Translations under genes and position numbers: made by a program
The notes under the pieces: generated by a model
What the model saw: only the letters and a program-made list of their open reading frames with translations
Told to the model about the DNA's origin: nothing
Databases searched by the model: none
Assembly: GCA_963745075.1 (NCBI GenBank)
Contig: CAVUWV010000020.1
Span: 1-64,000, forward strand
DNA from: Candidatus Hydrogenedentota bacterium
GTDB lineage: Bacteria; Hydrogenedentota; Hydrogenedentia; Hydrogenedentales; SLHB01
DNA: 64,000 nt
Direction: 5' to 3'
Shown here: one piece after another, positions 8,781 to 17,539 of the stretch
Layout of the letters: the number at the start of each line of letters is the position of its first letter
Position numbering within the stretch: position 1 is the stretch's first letter

Positions 8781-11099
8781 CGCGCGGAGATCCGTCATGA
8801 ACTCGCGCACGGCCTGATAGCGTTCTTCCGGTTTCTTTGCGACGGCCTTGTTCACGACGCGGTCAAGTTCGGGCGGGACGCCTTGCGCCTGTTGCCCGGG
8901 AGGGGGAGGCATTTCGTTGAGTTGCCGTTCGAGGACGTTATCCCCCATAAACGTGGTTTTTCCTGTCAGGCACTCATGGAGCACGAGCCCCAACGAGTAC
9001 ACGTCGCTGCGGGCGTCGGCATCCTTGCCCAGGACTTGCTCGGGTGACATGTAGCTCGGGGTTCCCATGACGACGCCCGTGCGGGTCATGCGCGAATCTT
9101 CCGCCTTGGCCAAGCCGAAATCGGTGAGCTTGATTAGGCCGCCTTTTGCAATGAGGATGTTGTCGGGTTTGATGTCGCGATGAACGATTCCGACTTCATG
9201 GATGGCGGCCAAAGCTCCGCAGGCCTGGACGATAACGTTGACAGCTTCCTTTGGGGTCAGCGCGCCGCGCTGGTCGAGGTACTTGTGAAGGCTGGGACCC
9301 TCGATGTATTCCATGGCGATGTAGGCTTTGCCTGCGCTCGCGCTGATATCGTAAATGCTGATGATGTTGGGATGAGAGATCTTGGCCGCGGTGCGCGCCT
9401 CCCGCACAAATCGTTCGCGGTACTCCTCGGAGCTGTCGATGAGACTGCCTAGGAATTTCAGCGCGACAGGGCGGTCGAGTTGGCTGTCGCGCGCCAGGTA
9501 GACGACGCCCATTCCACCGCGACCAAGTTCCTTCTCGAGAGTGTAGCGGTCGCCGAGGGTAGATTCGACCGATTCCATTACACGCGTGGCGGCCGCGTTT
9601 CCCGAAGCACCGTCGGCCGGTGCGGAGGCCGGCACGCCGCTGGAAGCCGGCGTGCGTTGCGGGGCGTCGGCTGCCATAGAAATCCGCGAGGAGATATTTG
9701 AAATGCGCTCCGAAACATCGCGGAATCCTACGTTCACCGTTCGAATCTTGTACAGAATCTCGCGGGATTCGTCGAGCTTGCCGAGCTGTTCGTAAGCCAG
9801 CGCAAGCATGTAGAAGTACTCGACGTTCTGGGAGTCCACCCGTTTTCCGGTGAGATGATTGTCCAGTGCGGCCGCGCAATGGGCGTAGTCCCGTAGTTCG
9901 TAGAAACTTCGTCCCAAAAGCGCCCGGGATTGATCGAAATTGGGGTGTTTGTCGGGGACGCGTTGCAGGACGCGAATCGCCTGTTCGAACCGGGCCGCAT
10001 GCGCGTATGACACACCGGCGCGATAGAACTCGCCCGCGCGCTCGAAGCATTCGGCGGAACGGACCGCGTCTGCGGCTTTGGCGAACATTTCGCCGGCGTT
10101 GAGGAAGTCCCCGGCTTGCGCGTAGGCCGCGGCAGACTCCTTCCAGTTACCCTTCATCTGATGGTACCGGCCGACGATGCGGGCGGCGTCCTTGTCCTTG
10201 CCAGCCTGTTTCATGCACTGTGCGGCTTCCTCCAGTTTGCCCGCGAGCAGGAAGACCTCGCCGGCTTGGGCAAGGTCGCCGTTTTCCTTGAAGAGTGCTG
10301 CGGCCTGGTCGTACCGCTTGGCCAACTTGAAACGCTCAGCGACCGGCGGCAAAAGTGCCTTGCGTTTTTCTGCGGGCGTTTTTGTTTTGCCGGGTTCCGA
10401 ATTCAGCATTTTGAAGCATTCGTCGGCCGCGGCGACCTGCGCGTCGATGGGATCGGGAGGATTGACGAAGTAGGTGGCGTAGACGTCGGCGGCTTGGCTG
10501 AAGTTCTTCGCGGCGGCGTACGATGCGGCGGCCAGGGCGTAGTTTCCGGCGCGCACATAAGCCTTTGCGGCCTCCACATGTTTGCCCGATTCCGCAAAAA
10601 ATCGTGCGGCATTGGTGAAATCGCGTTCTTTCAGGAGGATCTTCGCGGCTTTCCGGGTCTTTCCGGCTTTCGCGAGTTCCATGGCGGCATCCCGTTTGCG
10701 GCCCGCTTTCGACAGGAATTTCGCGGCGTCCTTGTGCCGGTTCTCCGCGGCGTAGAGTTCGCCGATAGCGCGATAATCGCGAGCCTTCTTGAGCCGGGCC
10801 ACGGCCGTGTCCAGATCTTCTCCCGTTTCCAGGCGGGCCGTGGGCGATTCGCCGCGCTGGGCAGCTTCCAGGGCGCGCACGTCGTCGGGGTCCACGAGCA
10901 GGCTGCCCTTGCCGGAACGGCGGACCACTTTCAGGACTTTGGCGGCGGCGGACAGAATAAGGTAGACCAACAGCAGCGTCAGGAGCAGTTTGGCAAAAAA
11001 GACCAGTAGTGGGGAAAGTTCGATACCGGTGAGTTGCTGGAAGTAGCCGATGGGCCACCAGAGAAGCGTATTCCAGAAGTAGTAGAAGAGCCACATCAT
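8769..11099 (-). CDS. Membrane-anchored TPR-like repeat protein with C-terminal Hanks-type Ser/Thr kinase
   Basis: Hydrophobic N-terminus; many A-rich helical repeats; LGRGGMGVVY, VALK, HRDIKPDN, DFG and GTPSYMSPEQ motifs. Confidence 0.92.
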   Translation of the reverse strand: MMWLFYYFWNTLLWWPIGYFQQLTGIELSPLLVFFAKLLLTLLLVYLILSAAAKVLKVVRRSGKGSLLVDPDDVRALEAAQRGESPTARLETGEDLDTAVARLKKARDYRAIGELYAAENRHKDAAKFLSKAGRKRDAAMELAKAGKTRKAAKILLKERDFTNAARFFAESGKHVEAAKAYVRAGNYALAAASYAAAKNFSQAADVYATYFVNPPDPIDAQVAAADECFKMLNSEPGKTKTPAEKRKALLPPVAERFKLAKRYDQAAALFKENGDLAQAGEVFLLAGKLEEAAQCMKQAGKDKDAARIVGRYHQMKGNWKESAAAYAQAGDFLNAGEMFAKAADAVRSAECFERAGEFYRAGVSYAHAARFEQAIRVLQRVPDKHPNFDQSRALLGRSFYELRDYAHCAAALDNHLTGKRVDSQNVEYFYMLALAYEQLGKLDESREILYKIRTVNVGFRDVSERISNISSRISMAADAPQRTPASSGVPASAPADGASGNAAATRVMESVESTLGDRYTLEKELGRGGMGVVYLARDSQLDRPVALKFLGSLIDSSEEYRERFVREARTAAKISHPNIISIYDISASAGKAYIAMEYIEGPSLHKYLDQRGALTPKEAVNVIVQACGALAAIHEVGIVHRDIKPDNILIAKGGLIKLTDFGLAKAEDSRMTRTGVVMGTPSYMSPEQVLGKDADARSDVYSLGLVLHECLTGKTTFMGDNVLERQLNEMPPPPGQQAQGVPPELDRVVNKAVAKKPEERYQAVREFMTDLRALRL

Positions 11100-11178
11100 T
11101 TGTTCCCCGCCGTGAAGAAACACACAACCTCGCGGGGCATATAGTACGCCATGCCCCGGCATGCGACAAGCCCGGGGC

Positions 11179-13527
11179 TCAGCTCTTGGTCAACTTCTCC
11201 GAGGATGCGCCGAGGGACAGCAGACTGAAGCGGGGATCGTCGCGAAGCCGTCTCCAGACGCGGATTGCGTCCCAGGATATGGCTTTGCCGAGGTCTACCC
11301 GTGCGGCGGAAAGTTCGCCGAGTTGCGCGAGGATGGCGGCGCCCTCATATACGGCATCGACGTCACGGGCAGCGACGAAGCGCTGGCGTGACTCGCGGTA
11401 CCCTCGCGCAAGCACCTCCAACTCATCCAGTGCCCAGAGGTTGGCGACGAGGTCGAGCCGCGTGGAAGGATTGGCGCGCAACGGGTCCGGGTCCAGTGAA
11501 TCCAGGTAGTCTTCGGCAATGGCGTTCCGCGTCAAATCTTCCTGGAGTACGGCGGTGATTTCGGAGGCGGTAACCCGTCCAGGGTACTTTTGCAAATACG
11601 AGTCGAGGAAGGCGATCGCTTCTTCCCGGTCACCGGCGCGGGCGGCGGCGCGAGCGGACGCCAGCCAGGGGAGTGGATTCGAAGCATCGACCAAGCGCGC
11701 CAATTCGGCGATCCGGGAAGCTTGGGCGATGTCGCCTTGCCTCCGGGCGGCTTCCGCGGCAGGAAGCAGGAGTCCGGCTATCGTGCGGTGCAGCGCGGTA
11801 TCGTGAAGCACGCCATGGGACCGTTGAATGTACGCGCTGACGATTCCCTGCGAGGATTTGCGCGGCGTGCCTGCCCTCGGATACACGAGTACAACCCCGT
11901 TTTGCTGCGCCCGTGCGGTCAACCACGGTACCGCAACTCCTGCAAATGCGACGGGACGGATGGAGAAGTTGTCGCGTACCAATTCCCACAGGGCGAGTTC
12001 CTTGAGCGAGCTTGGAGTACTGCGGTCGCTCCGAAGGGCATCGTCCAGGACTTGGGCCGCTTGGGGCCGTTCTCGAGTCCAACGTTCCAGGGCGTCGCTT
12101 GGTGGAAAGGAGGGGCTGAACGCGAATTTGGGGTAGTCTGCCGCAGCAAGGCGCCGGCGCATCGGGACCGATTCCAGGGCATCCGCGGGCACGATCGTGA
12201 GGTCGGATCGCACGCGGCAGGTTGCCTGAACGGTAACCAGGAGGGAATGTATCCCGGCATCCCCTGTGACGAGAATCGCATCATCCGGGCAGTCGGCAAG
12301 GATGGCCTCGGCGAGTTGGCGAGCGGTGTCGTCCGGCGGCGCGGGCACGGTCCGCCATTGGTACGCGACCAGTGCGACGCCCAGCGCGACAAGGATTACG
12401 ACGCGATGAGAGGCCCAGCGTTGGGCCGGGAGCAGTACCCGCAGAAACGCGACCAACCCCCACGCTGCGAAAACGGCAACGCAGACGAGCACCATGGAAA
12501 AGGCTGCCTGGGGATCGACGATGACACTTGCGTTGCGGATCTGGTTGGTCAACGACGGCAAGAATGGTCCCATACATAGAAAGACTATCGCCCACGCCAG
12601 AGGCTGTCGTACGGCGCCCTTGCCGATCAAGAGCACCAATCCACCCAAGCTCACCATGAGCGTGGGCCATGCAAATTGGGTTGTCAAGTGGGAGAGGTAA
12701 CCCAGTTGCGGCGCCGCATCCCCGAGGGTCGGGTACGGCGTGTACAGCGCATGTGTTAGAAACCCTCGAACATCCTCCCCGCGGGTCAACGCATCGACCA
12801 CCGGAATCGAAGCGCCTACTGCGAAACCGATGCCGTACGTCATGAGAATCGCCACTGCTGAGTTTCGATTGGCACCGGTAGCCAGGGCGAGCACTGCCAG
12901 CAGCAATCCCAGTACGGCGAAGGCCGGGTTGTTCGCGCTTGCCAGGCCAATCAGCAGGGCGGCGAGGGCTACCAAAATGAGCGACGGCCCTTTGCGCGGA
13001 ACCTGAATGAAGAGGAAGGCGCCCAAGGCAAGGGCAACCGTCACGGTGGTGGGAGCCCCCCCCTCTATGGCGGCTTGCCACGTTGAAGTAAAGGCAAAAA
13101 GAAGAGCGGCCACCACGCCACACGCAATGCGTTCGGCGCGCGTTGCCGTCTTTCCCGCGAACGCCGCCGCGAGAACCGCGATAAGACCGCAAGAGACCGA
13201 CCCGAGCAGGATGCTGAGGGCGCGTTGGGCGTCGAGGCCGTGCGTCGGAACCAGGAACACAAGCGTCTCGGCGAGCCAGGTCGTAAGCACGGGTCGACGG
13301 TAAATGTGGGGGGATTCAACGGCCAGTTGTTGCCATGGTCCGGCGACAATGGCGGGGCCCCAGTGCCAGAGCATGGCATTGGCTACGAAGAAGAACGCGA
13401 TCGACCCTGCCCACCAAGGCGCCTTTCCCGTCAGATTCGTTGTGTAAACCGGCGGGGTTTCCGGGCCGTCAGCGCCGGCATCGTTGAGATTCGCCGGTAG
13501 CGGGTTCAGGGTGTCTTCATATCTCAT
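11179..13527 (-). CDS. Polytopic membrane protein, divergent DUF2723/TMEM260-like (GT-C fold) with C-terminal TPR-like region
   Basis: Many hydrophobic segments, then ILADCPDDAILVTGD...VQATCRVRSDLTIV resembling the DUF2723 soluble domain; NPLPWLASARAAARAGDREEA is TPR-like. Confidence 0.55.
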   Translation of the reverse strand: MRYEDTLNPLPANLNDAGADGPETPPVYTTNLTGKAPWWAGSIAFFFVANAMLWHWGPAIVAGPWQQLAVESPHIYRRPVLTTWLAETLVFLVPTHGLDAQRALSILLGSVSCGLIAVLAAAFAGKTATRAERIACGVVAALLFAFTSTWQAAIEGGAPTTVTVALALGAFLFIQVPRKGPSLILVALAALLIGLASANNPAFAVLGLLLAVLALATGANRNSAVAILMTYGIGFAVGASIPVVDALTRGEDVRGFLTHALYTPYPTLGDAAPQLGYLSHLTTQFAWPTLMVSLGGLVLLIGKGAVRQPLAWAIVFLCMGPFLPSLTNQIRNASVIVDPQAAFSMVLVCVAVFAAWGLVAFLRVLLPAQRWASHRVVILVALGVALVAYQWRTVPAPPDDTARQLAEAILADCPDDAILVTGDAGIHSLLVTVQATCRVRSDLTIVPADALESVPMRRRLAAADYPKFAFSPSFPPSDALERWTRERPQAAQVLDDALRSDRSTPSSLKELALWELVRDNFSIRPVAFAGVAVPWLTARAQQNGVVLVYPRAGTPRKSSQGIVSAYIQRSHGVLHDTALHRTIAGLLLPAAEAARRQGDIAQASRIAELARLVDASNPLPWLASARAAARAGDREEAIAFLDSYLQKYPGRVTASEITAVLQEDLTRNAIAEDYLDSLDPDPLRANPSTRLDLVANLWALDELEVLARGYRESRQRFVAARDVDAVYEGAAILAQLGELSAARVDLGKAISWDAIRVWRRLRDDPRFSLLSLGASSEKLTKS

Positions 13528-13654
13528 TCGTCACCCTTCCGGAATTCGCCGTAGCCGTAACGCCAAAAAACACGGGACTGGGAGAAGAAATCGCGCACGG
13601 GTTGTACTCGACCACATCTTCTGATGGATGTCCCAACCGGTAGTTGTAGCAGTC

Positions 13655-14722
13655 TCAAATGGATGGTACGGGAGACAGCGTTTCGGAGCCGGAGTGGCAC
13701 AAATTCTCAATTGCCGCGAGCACCAGACTCGCGGACCGGTCCCAAGTGGTCTCATGGGATTCCGCCATGGCTTGGCGACCCAAGCGATGGCGCAACGTTT
13801 CGTCGCGCAGCAGGGATTGCAGTCTCTCGGCCAAATCGGCTGCATCTCGCGAGCGATGCAATAAGCCGGTCTCGCCGTGTCGCACAAACTCCCGGCCGAG
13901 ATCGGTATCGGGACAGAGGACCGGGATCCCTGCCCCGGCGAAGTCGAGCGCCCGCCATTCGCAGCCTTCACCACAATAGGCAATCCGGGGTAGATCCATC
14001 CCGCTGGCGGGAAACTCTGTAACGGAGCCGGGCGCGCGCAGTTGGATCCTACCGCCGGGACGCCGGACGGGTCCGTACACTACAGCCGAGGGGCGCGAAT
14101 CCCGGCGTGCGAGACGAGCCATGGCTTTCGCAAAGGGTTGTGTTGTGTTGACAAATGCGGCAATTGACGGGGTGTCGTCCCCGGTTACCGGCGCCTCGTC
14201 GGCCGTTGGTCCCGCGCCAAAAGGCGCACGGACGATGTGCCGCCTCGGGACCCCGGCGCTACGGAGTTCGAGACCAGCAAGTTCGGTGGGGGCGATGACC
14301 GGGCCCGGCGCATCATTCGAGGCGTAGAGACCCGGAGACAGACGGAACACGATGGGTACGACCGGAGTCGCCGTGTACTTGGCAACGGGGAACGGCCGTC
14401 CGGTGACGCAATCGATGACAACGTCAAACTGCCGCAACACGCTGCCGGGTTTTGTCATGCGGGAGAAAAACAACCCGGTCATGGCCCGGTAAAGCGCCCG
14501 GTGGCCCAGGCGGGCGATCTGGATGCCGTCCACCTGTTCGAGGGTTTCGGGTTGTCGCCCGACAAAGGGGATGCCGCCATGATTCTGACAAAGCCAGGCG
14601 ACATAATTGCCTTCCCCGGCGATCCGCCGGAAAACTTCGTAGACGTAGCGTTCCACGCCTCCCGCGCGGGGATGTTGCCAGTCCCGGGCACACAAAACCA
14701 GAATCCGAAGCATGTATGGCAC
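13655..14722 (-). CDS. Divergent GT4 family glycosyltransferase
   Basis: N-terminal RDWQHPRAGGVERY; C-terminal EGCEWRALD..GIPVL, EFVRHGETGLL and TWDRSA. Confidence 0.75.
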   Translation of the reverse strand: MPYMLRILVLCARDWQHPRAGGVERYVYEVFRRIAGEGNYVAWLCQNHGGIPFVGRQPETLEQVDGIQIARLGHRALYRAMTGLFFSRMTKPGSVLRQFDVVIDCVTGRPFPVAKYTATPVVPIVFRLSPGLYASNDAPGPVIAPTELAGLELRSAGVPRRHIVRAPFGAGPTADEAPVTGDDTPSIAAFVNTTQPFAKAMARLARRDSRPSAVVYGPVRRPGGRIQLRAPGSVTEFPASGMDLPRIAYCGEGCEWRALDFAGAGIPVLCPDTDLGREFVRHGETGLLHRSRDAADLAERLQSLLRDETLRHRLGRQAMAESHETTWDRSASLVLAAIENLCHSGSETLSPVPSI

Positions 14723-14946
14723 CTCTAACCCGGAATTCTCACTGCACCCACGGTACCGGTCTGCAAGACGACGCCTTTCGGGCGGGAGAATTGCGGACTA
14801 AACCGTCCGTCCGGCATTGCAGCACCGAGACGGCTCACTTCCCCATTGTGGCAGGTACTGGGGAAGTTTGGCAATAGGGTTCGGGCACTGTAATTGGAAC
14901 GTTCGAGGGAAATGGTTGATTCCGTGCCCGGATTCCGTGCAAAATA

Positions 14947-15113
14947 CAGGGGTCGGCAAGCGATTACTCCTGCCCATGATGCAGATGAGTTACCAGACCC
15001 TGATCTGTAGCGGAGGAGTCCCGACGCGACCGGGGTTCAAGTCTGGAGCGGGCGATGTTGCTGTAATTGCCGCGAGTCCGGGGTGAGGCGGGTTTCGCGT
15101 AAACTGACCCCTG
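14947..15113 (+). ncRNA. Candidate 6S RNA-like structured RNA
   Basis: Intergenic 167-nt rod: CAGGGGTCGG/CTGACCCCTG closing stem, GCGA/TCGC, CCTGCC/GGCGGG, a central bubble and an inner CCAGAC/GTCTGG stem. Strand not proven. Confidence 0.5.
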
Positions 15114-15143
15114 CCAACGGCCGGACGGAAGGTACATAACCGT

Positions 15144-15869
15144 TTGCGATACGCAATCATTTCGGACCTCCATGCCAATCTGGAAGCCCTGGACGCGGTC
15201 CTGCGGCGGATATCTCTGTTGCAGGTCGATCAAACCGTCTGCCTGGGAGACGTGGTAGGTTACAATGCGAGCCCCAACGAGTGCGTAAACCGCGTGCGCG
15301 AAGCGGAAATCCCCACTATTTGCGGCAACCATGATGCGGTCGCGTGCGGCATCGAGGAGCCTTGGGGGTTCAATCCGGTCGCGCTCCACGCAGCGTTGTG
15401 GACCCGCGAGCAGCTTACCGAGGAAAACCTGGCCTGGATCAAACAGTTGCCGGACAACATTCGGTTTGACGAGTTTCTAGCCACCCACGGGTCGCCCAGC
15501 GACCGGGATTGTTACCTGTTCACGTGGGAGGACGTTCTCCCCCATTTGTCGTTTATCGAAGAGTTGGACTATCACTTGTGCTTTTTCGGGCATACGCATA
15601 GCCCGGGCATATTTTCGGCCGACGGTCTGTATACGGTTGACGACGACTCCAAATTCGCGTTGGGAGAAGGGAAGACATTCTTCATCAACCCCGGTTCGGT
15701 AGGACAGCCACGGGATGGGGATCCGCGTGCCGCTTTCGGTATCTTCGATTCGGAAAAGGGCGAATATGAGCATATTCGTGTGGACTACGACGTCCGTAAG
15801 GCCGCGGACCGGGTCGCCGAAGCCGGTTTGCCCCCGTTCTTAGGGGAACGGTTATTTCTGGGCCGGTAA
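15144..15869 (+). CDS. Calcineurin-like metallophosphoesterase
   Basis: SDLHAN, LGDVVGY, GNHD, HGSP, GHTH and NPGSVGQPRD motifs. Confidence 0.93.
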   Translation: MRYAIISDLHANLEALDAVLRRISLLQVDQTVCLGDVVGYNASPNECVNRVREAEIPTICGNHDAVACGIEEPWGFNPVALHAALWTREQLTEENLAWIKQLPDNIRFDEFLATHGSPSDRDCYLFTWEDVLPHLSFIEELDYHLCFFGHTHSPGIFSADGLYTVDDDSKFALGEGKTFFINPGSVGQPRDGDPRAAFGIFDSEKGEYEHIRVDYDVRKAADRVAEAGLPPFLGERLFLGR

Positions 15870-15932
15870 CGGTATGGAACAGAAGGTTCTTTTCGCGATC
15901 ACGCCGCGGGGGTGATCCCTAGGAGATTCGCA

Positions 15933-16523
15933 GTGCGCGCCAGTAAGGTCGAACGTAGGACCAACGAGACTCAGATTCGGGTTTCGGTGGGGATCGACGG
16001 TACGGGAAAATCCGAGATCGCCACCGGCATCGGTTTTTTCGATCATATGTTGAATCATCTCGCACGCCACGGCCTGTTCGACCTGGTCGTCCAGGCTAAG
16101 GGCGACCTGGAAATTGATGGACACCACACCGTTGAAGACGTTGGAATTTCCCTCGGCAAGGCCTATCTGGAAGCGTTAGGCGAGCTGAAGGGCATTGCGC
16201 GGTTCGGACACGCCGTGGTTCCTATGGATGAAGTCTTGGCGGAAGCAGCAATTGACTTCAGTGGACGTCCTTTTCTGTCGTTTCAGGCGGACATGCCACG
16301 CGGGCGCGTAGGCGAGTTCGATTCGGAATTGACGGAGGAATTTTTCCGGGCATTCGCCGTGAACAGCCGCACCACCCTTCACATTGTTTTGCGCCAGGGC
16401 GGAAATCTGCATCATTGTATTGAGGGCCTTTTCAAGGCCTTTGCGCGCGCTTTGGACCGCGCGACCCAGTTGGATGCGCGCGTGCACGATGTGCCGTCAA
16501 CCAAGGGCATGCTGGAAACCTGA
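15933..16523 (+). CDS. hisB: Imidazoleglycerol-phosphate dehydratase
   Basis: RRTNETQI, FFDHML, HHTVED, PMDE, NLHHCIE and PSTKG motifs; AGGAG RBS. Confidence 0.97.
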   Translation: MRASKVERRTNETQIRVSVGIDGTGKSEIATGIGFFDHMLNHLARHGLFDLVVQAKGDLEIDGHHTVEDVGISLGKAYLEALGELKGIARFGHAVVPMDEVLAEAAIDFSGRPFLSFQADMPRGRVGEFDSELTEEFFRAFAVNSRTTLHIVLRQGGNLHHCIEGLFKAFARALDRATQLDARVHDVPSTKGMLET

Positions 16524-16570
16524 CCACCCTACCGCGGCGTGGCGCATGTCGCGAGTCAAGGAACCGCACC

Positions 16571-17521
16571 GTGACCGTCTCGCAAACCCAGGATCGAAGT
16601 ATGGAAGCCGACGCGCCGCTGGAGACGGTGGCCGTTGTCATGGTCAATCGTAATAAGCGAGACTTCGTCGTTCGCGCGCTTCACTGTGTGTCGGCCTCCG
16701 CGTACGGGGCGTTGCGAATCGTGTTGGTGGACGATTGCTCGACCGACGATTCCGTGACGGCAGTCCGCGACCGGTTTCCGGACGTGCGGGTGATCGCAAT
16801 GGACGAGCATCGCGGTGCACCGGGGATCCGCAATGTGGGCATTCGGGAAGTGTTGTCAGACGCAGCAGTGCGATACGTGCTTTTGCTGGACAACGACGCG
16901 TTCATGCAACCGGACGCGCTGGAGTCGATGTTGGCGGTAGCCCGGGAAGATTCACGCATCGGGGTTGTGGCGCCAAAGGCGTTTCGCGACCGTGAGACGC
17001 GCGTACTGTATTCGGCGGGCGAGATGCGCGTAAACCTGTACACGGGCGTGACGCACGACGTGGGCGCCGGTGAAGCCGATGCGGGCCAATACGACGAGGA
17101 ACGAGACATCCGGTCCTGCGCTTCGTTCGCGATGCTGGTTCGCCGCGAAGTATTCGAGAAGGCCGGACTATTTGATGAAGCTTTCTTTCCGTACGGTTGG
17201 GAAGACGCGGAATTCACCCTTCGCGCGTCCAAGCACGGATTTCGTATTCGGTACGCGCCGAAATCCGAGGTGGAACACCTGGGGGGCAAGATCGGTCGCG
17301 GCCCCATTCCCGAATATGAAGCGGCAAAAGCGCGCAACCTGTTCCGATTGATGTCGCGGCATGCCAATATGGTGCAATGGGCGTGTTTTCTTTGCGTGCT
17401 CCCGATGCGCGCCGTGGCGATGGCCTATCGGGAAGTGCGAAACCGCGGTCTGTCCGGTGTGACGGGGTACGCACGAAGTGTCTGCGGCGCAGCCACACAA
17501 CCGAGACCGCGCGCGCACTAA
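16571..17521 (+). CDS. GT2 family glycosyltransferase
   Basis: VDDCSTD, LLLDND, GLFDE and WED motifs. Confidence 0.9.
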   Translation: MTVSQTQDRSMEADAPLETVAVVMVNRNKRDFVVRALHCVSASAYGALRIVLVDDCSTDDSVTAVRDRFPDVRVIAMDEHRGAPGIRNVGIREVLSDAAVRYVLLLDNDAFMQPDALESMLAVAREDSRIGVVAPKAFRDRETRVLYSAGEMRVNLYTGVTHDVGAGEADAGQYDEERDIRSCASFAMLVRREVFEKAGLFDEAFFPYGWEDAEFTLRASKHGFRIRYAPKSEVEHLGGKIGRGPIPEYEAAKARNLFRLMSRHANMVQWACFLCVLPMRAVAMAYREVRNRGLSGVTGYARSVCGAATQPRPRAH

Positions 17522-17539
17522 CGCTCGAGGAGACACACG

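Noticed and set aside
14985..15020. TPP-riboswitch-like words (tgag…accc…cctgatc…agcggagg)
   Set aside because: The spacing and the P5 hairpin do not fit, downstream genes are unrelated to thiamine, and the rod fold explains the region better.
15030..15047. GGTTCAAGTC resembling a tRNA T-loop
   Set aside because: No 5-bp T-stem, cloverleaf or acceptor stem can be built.
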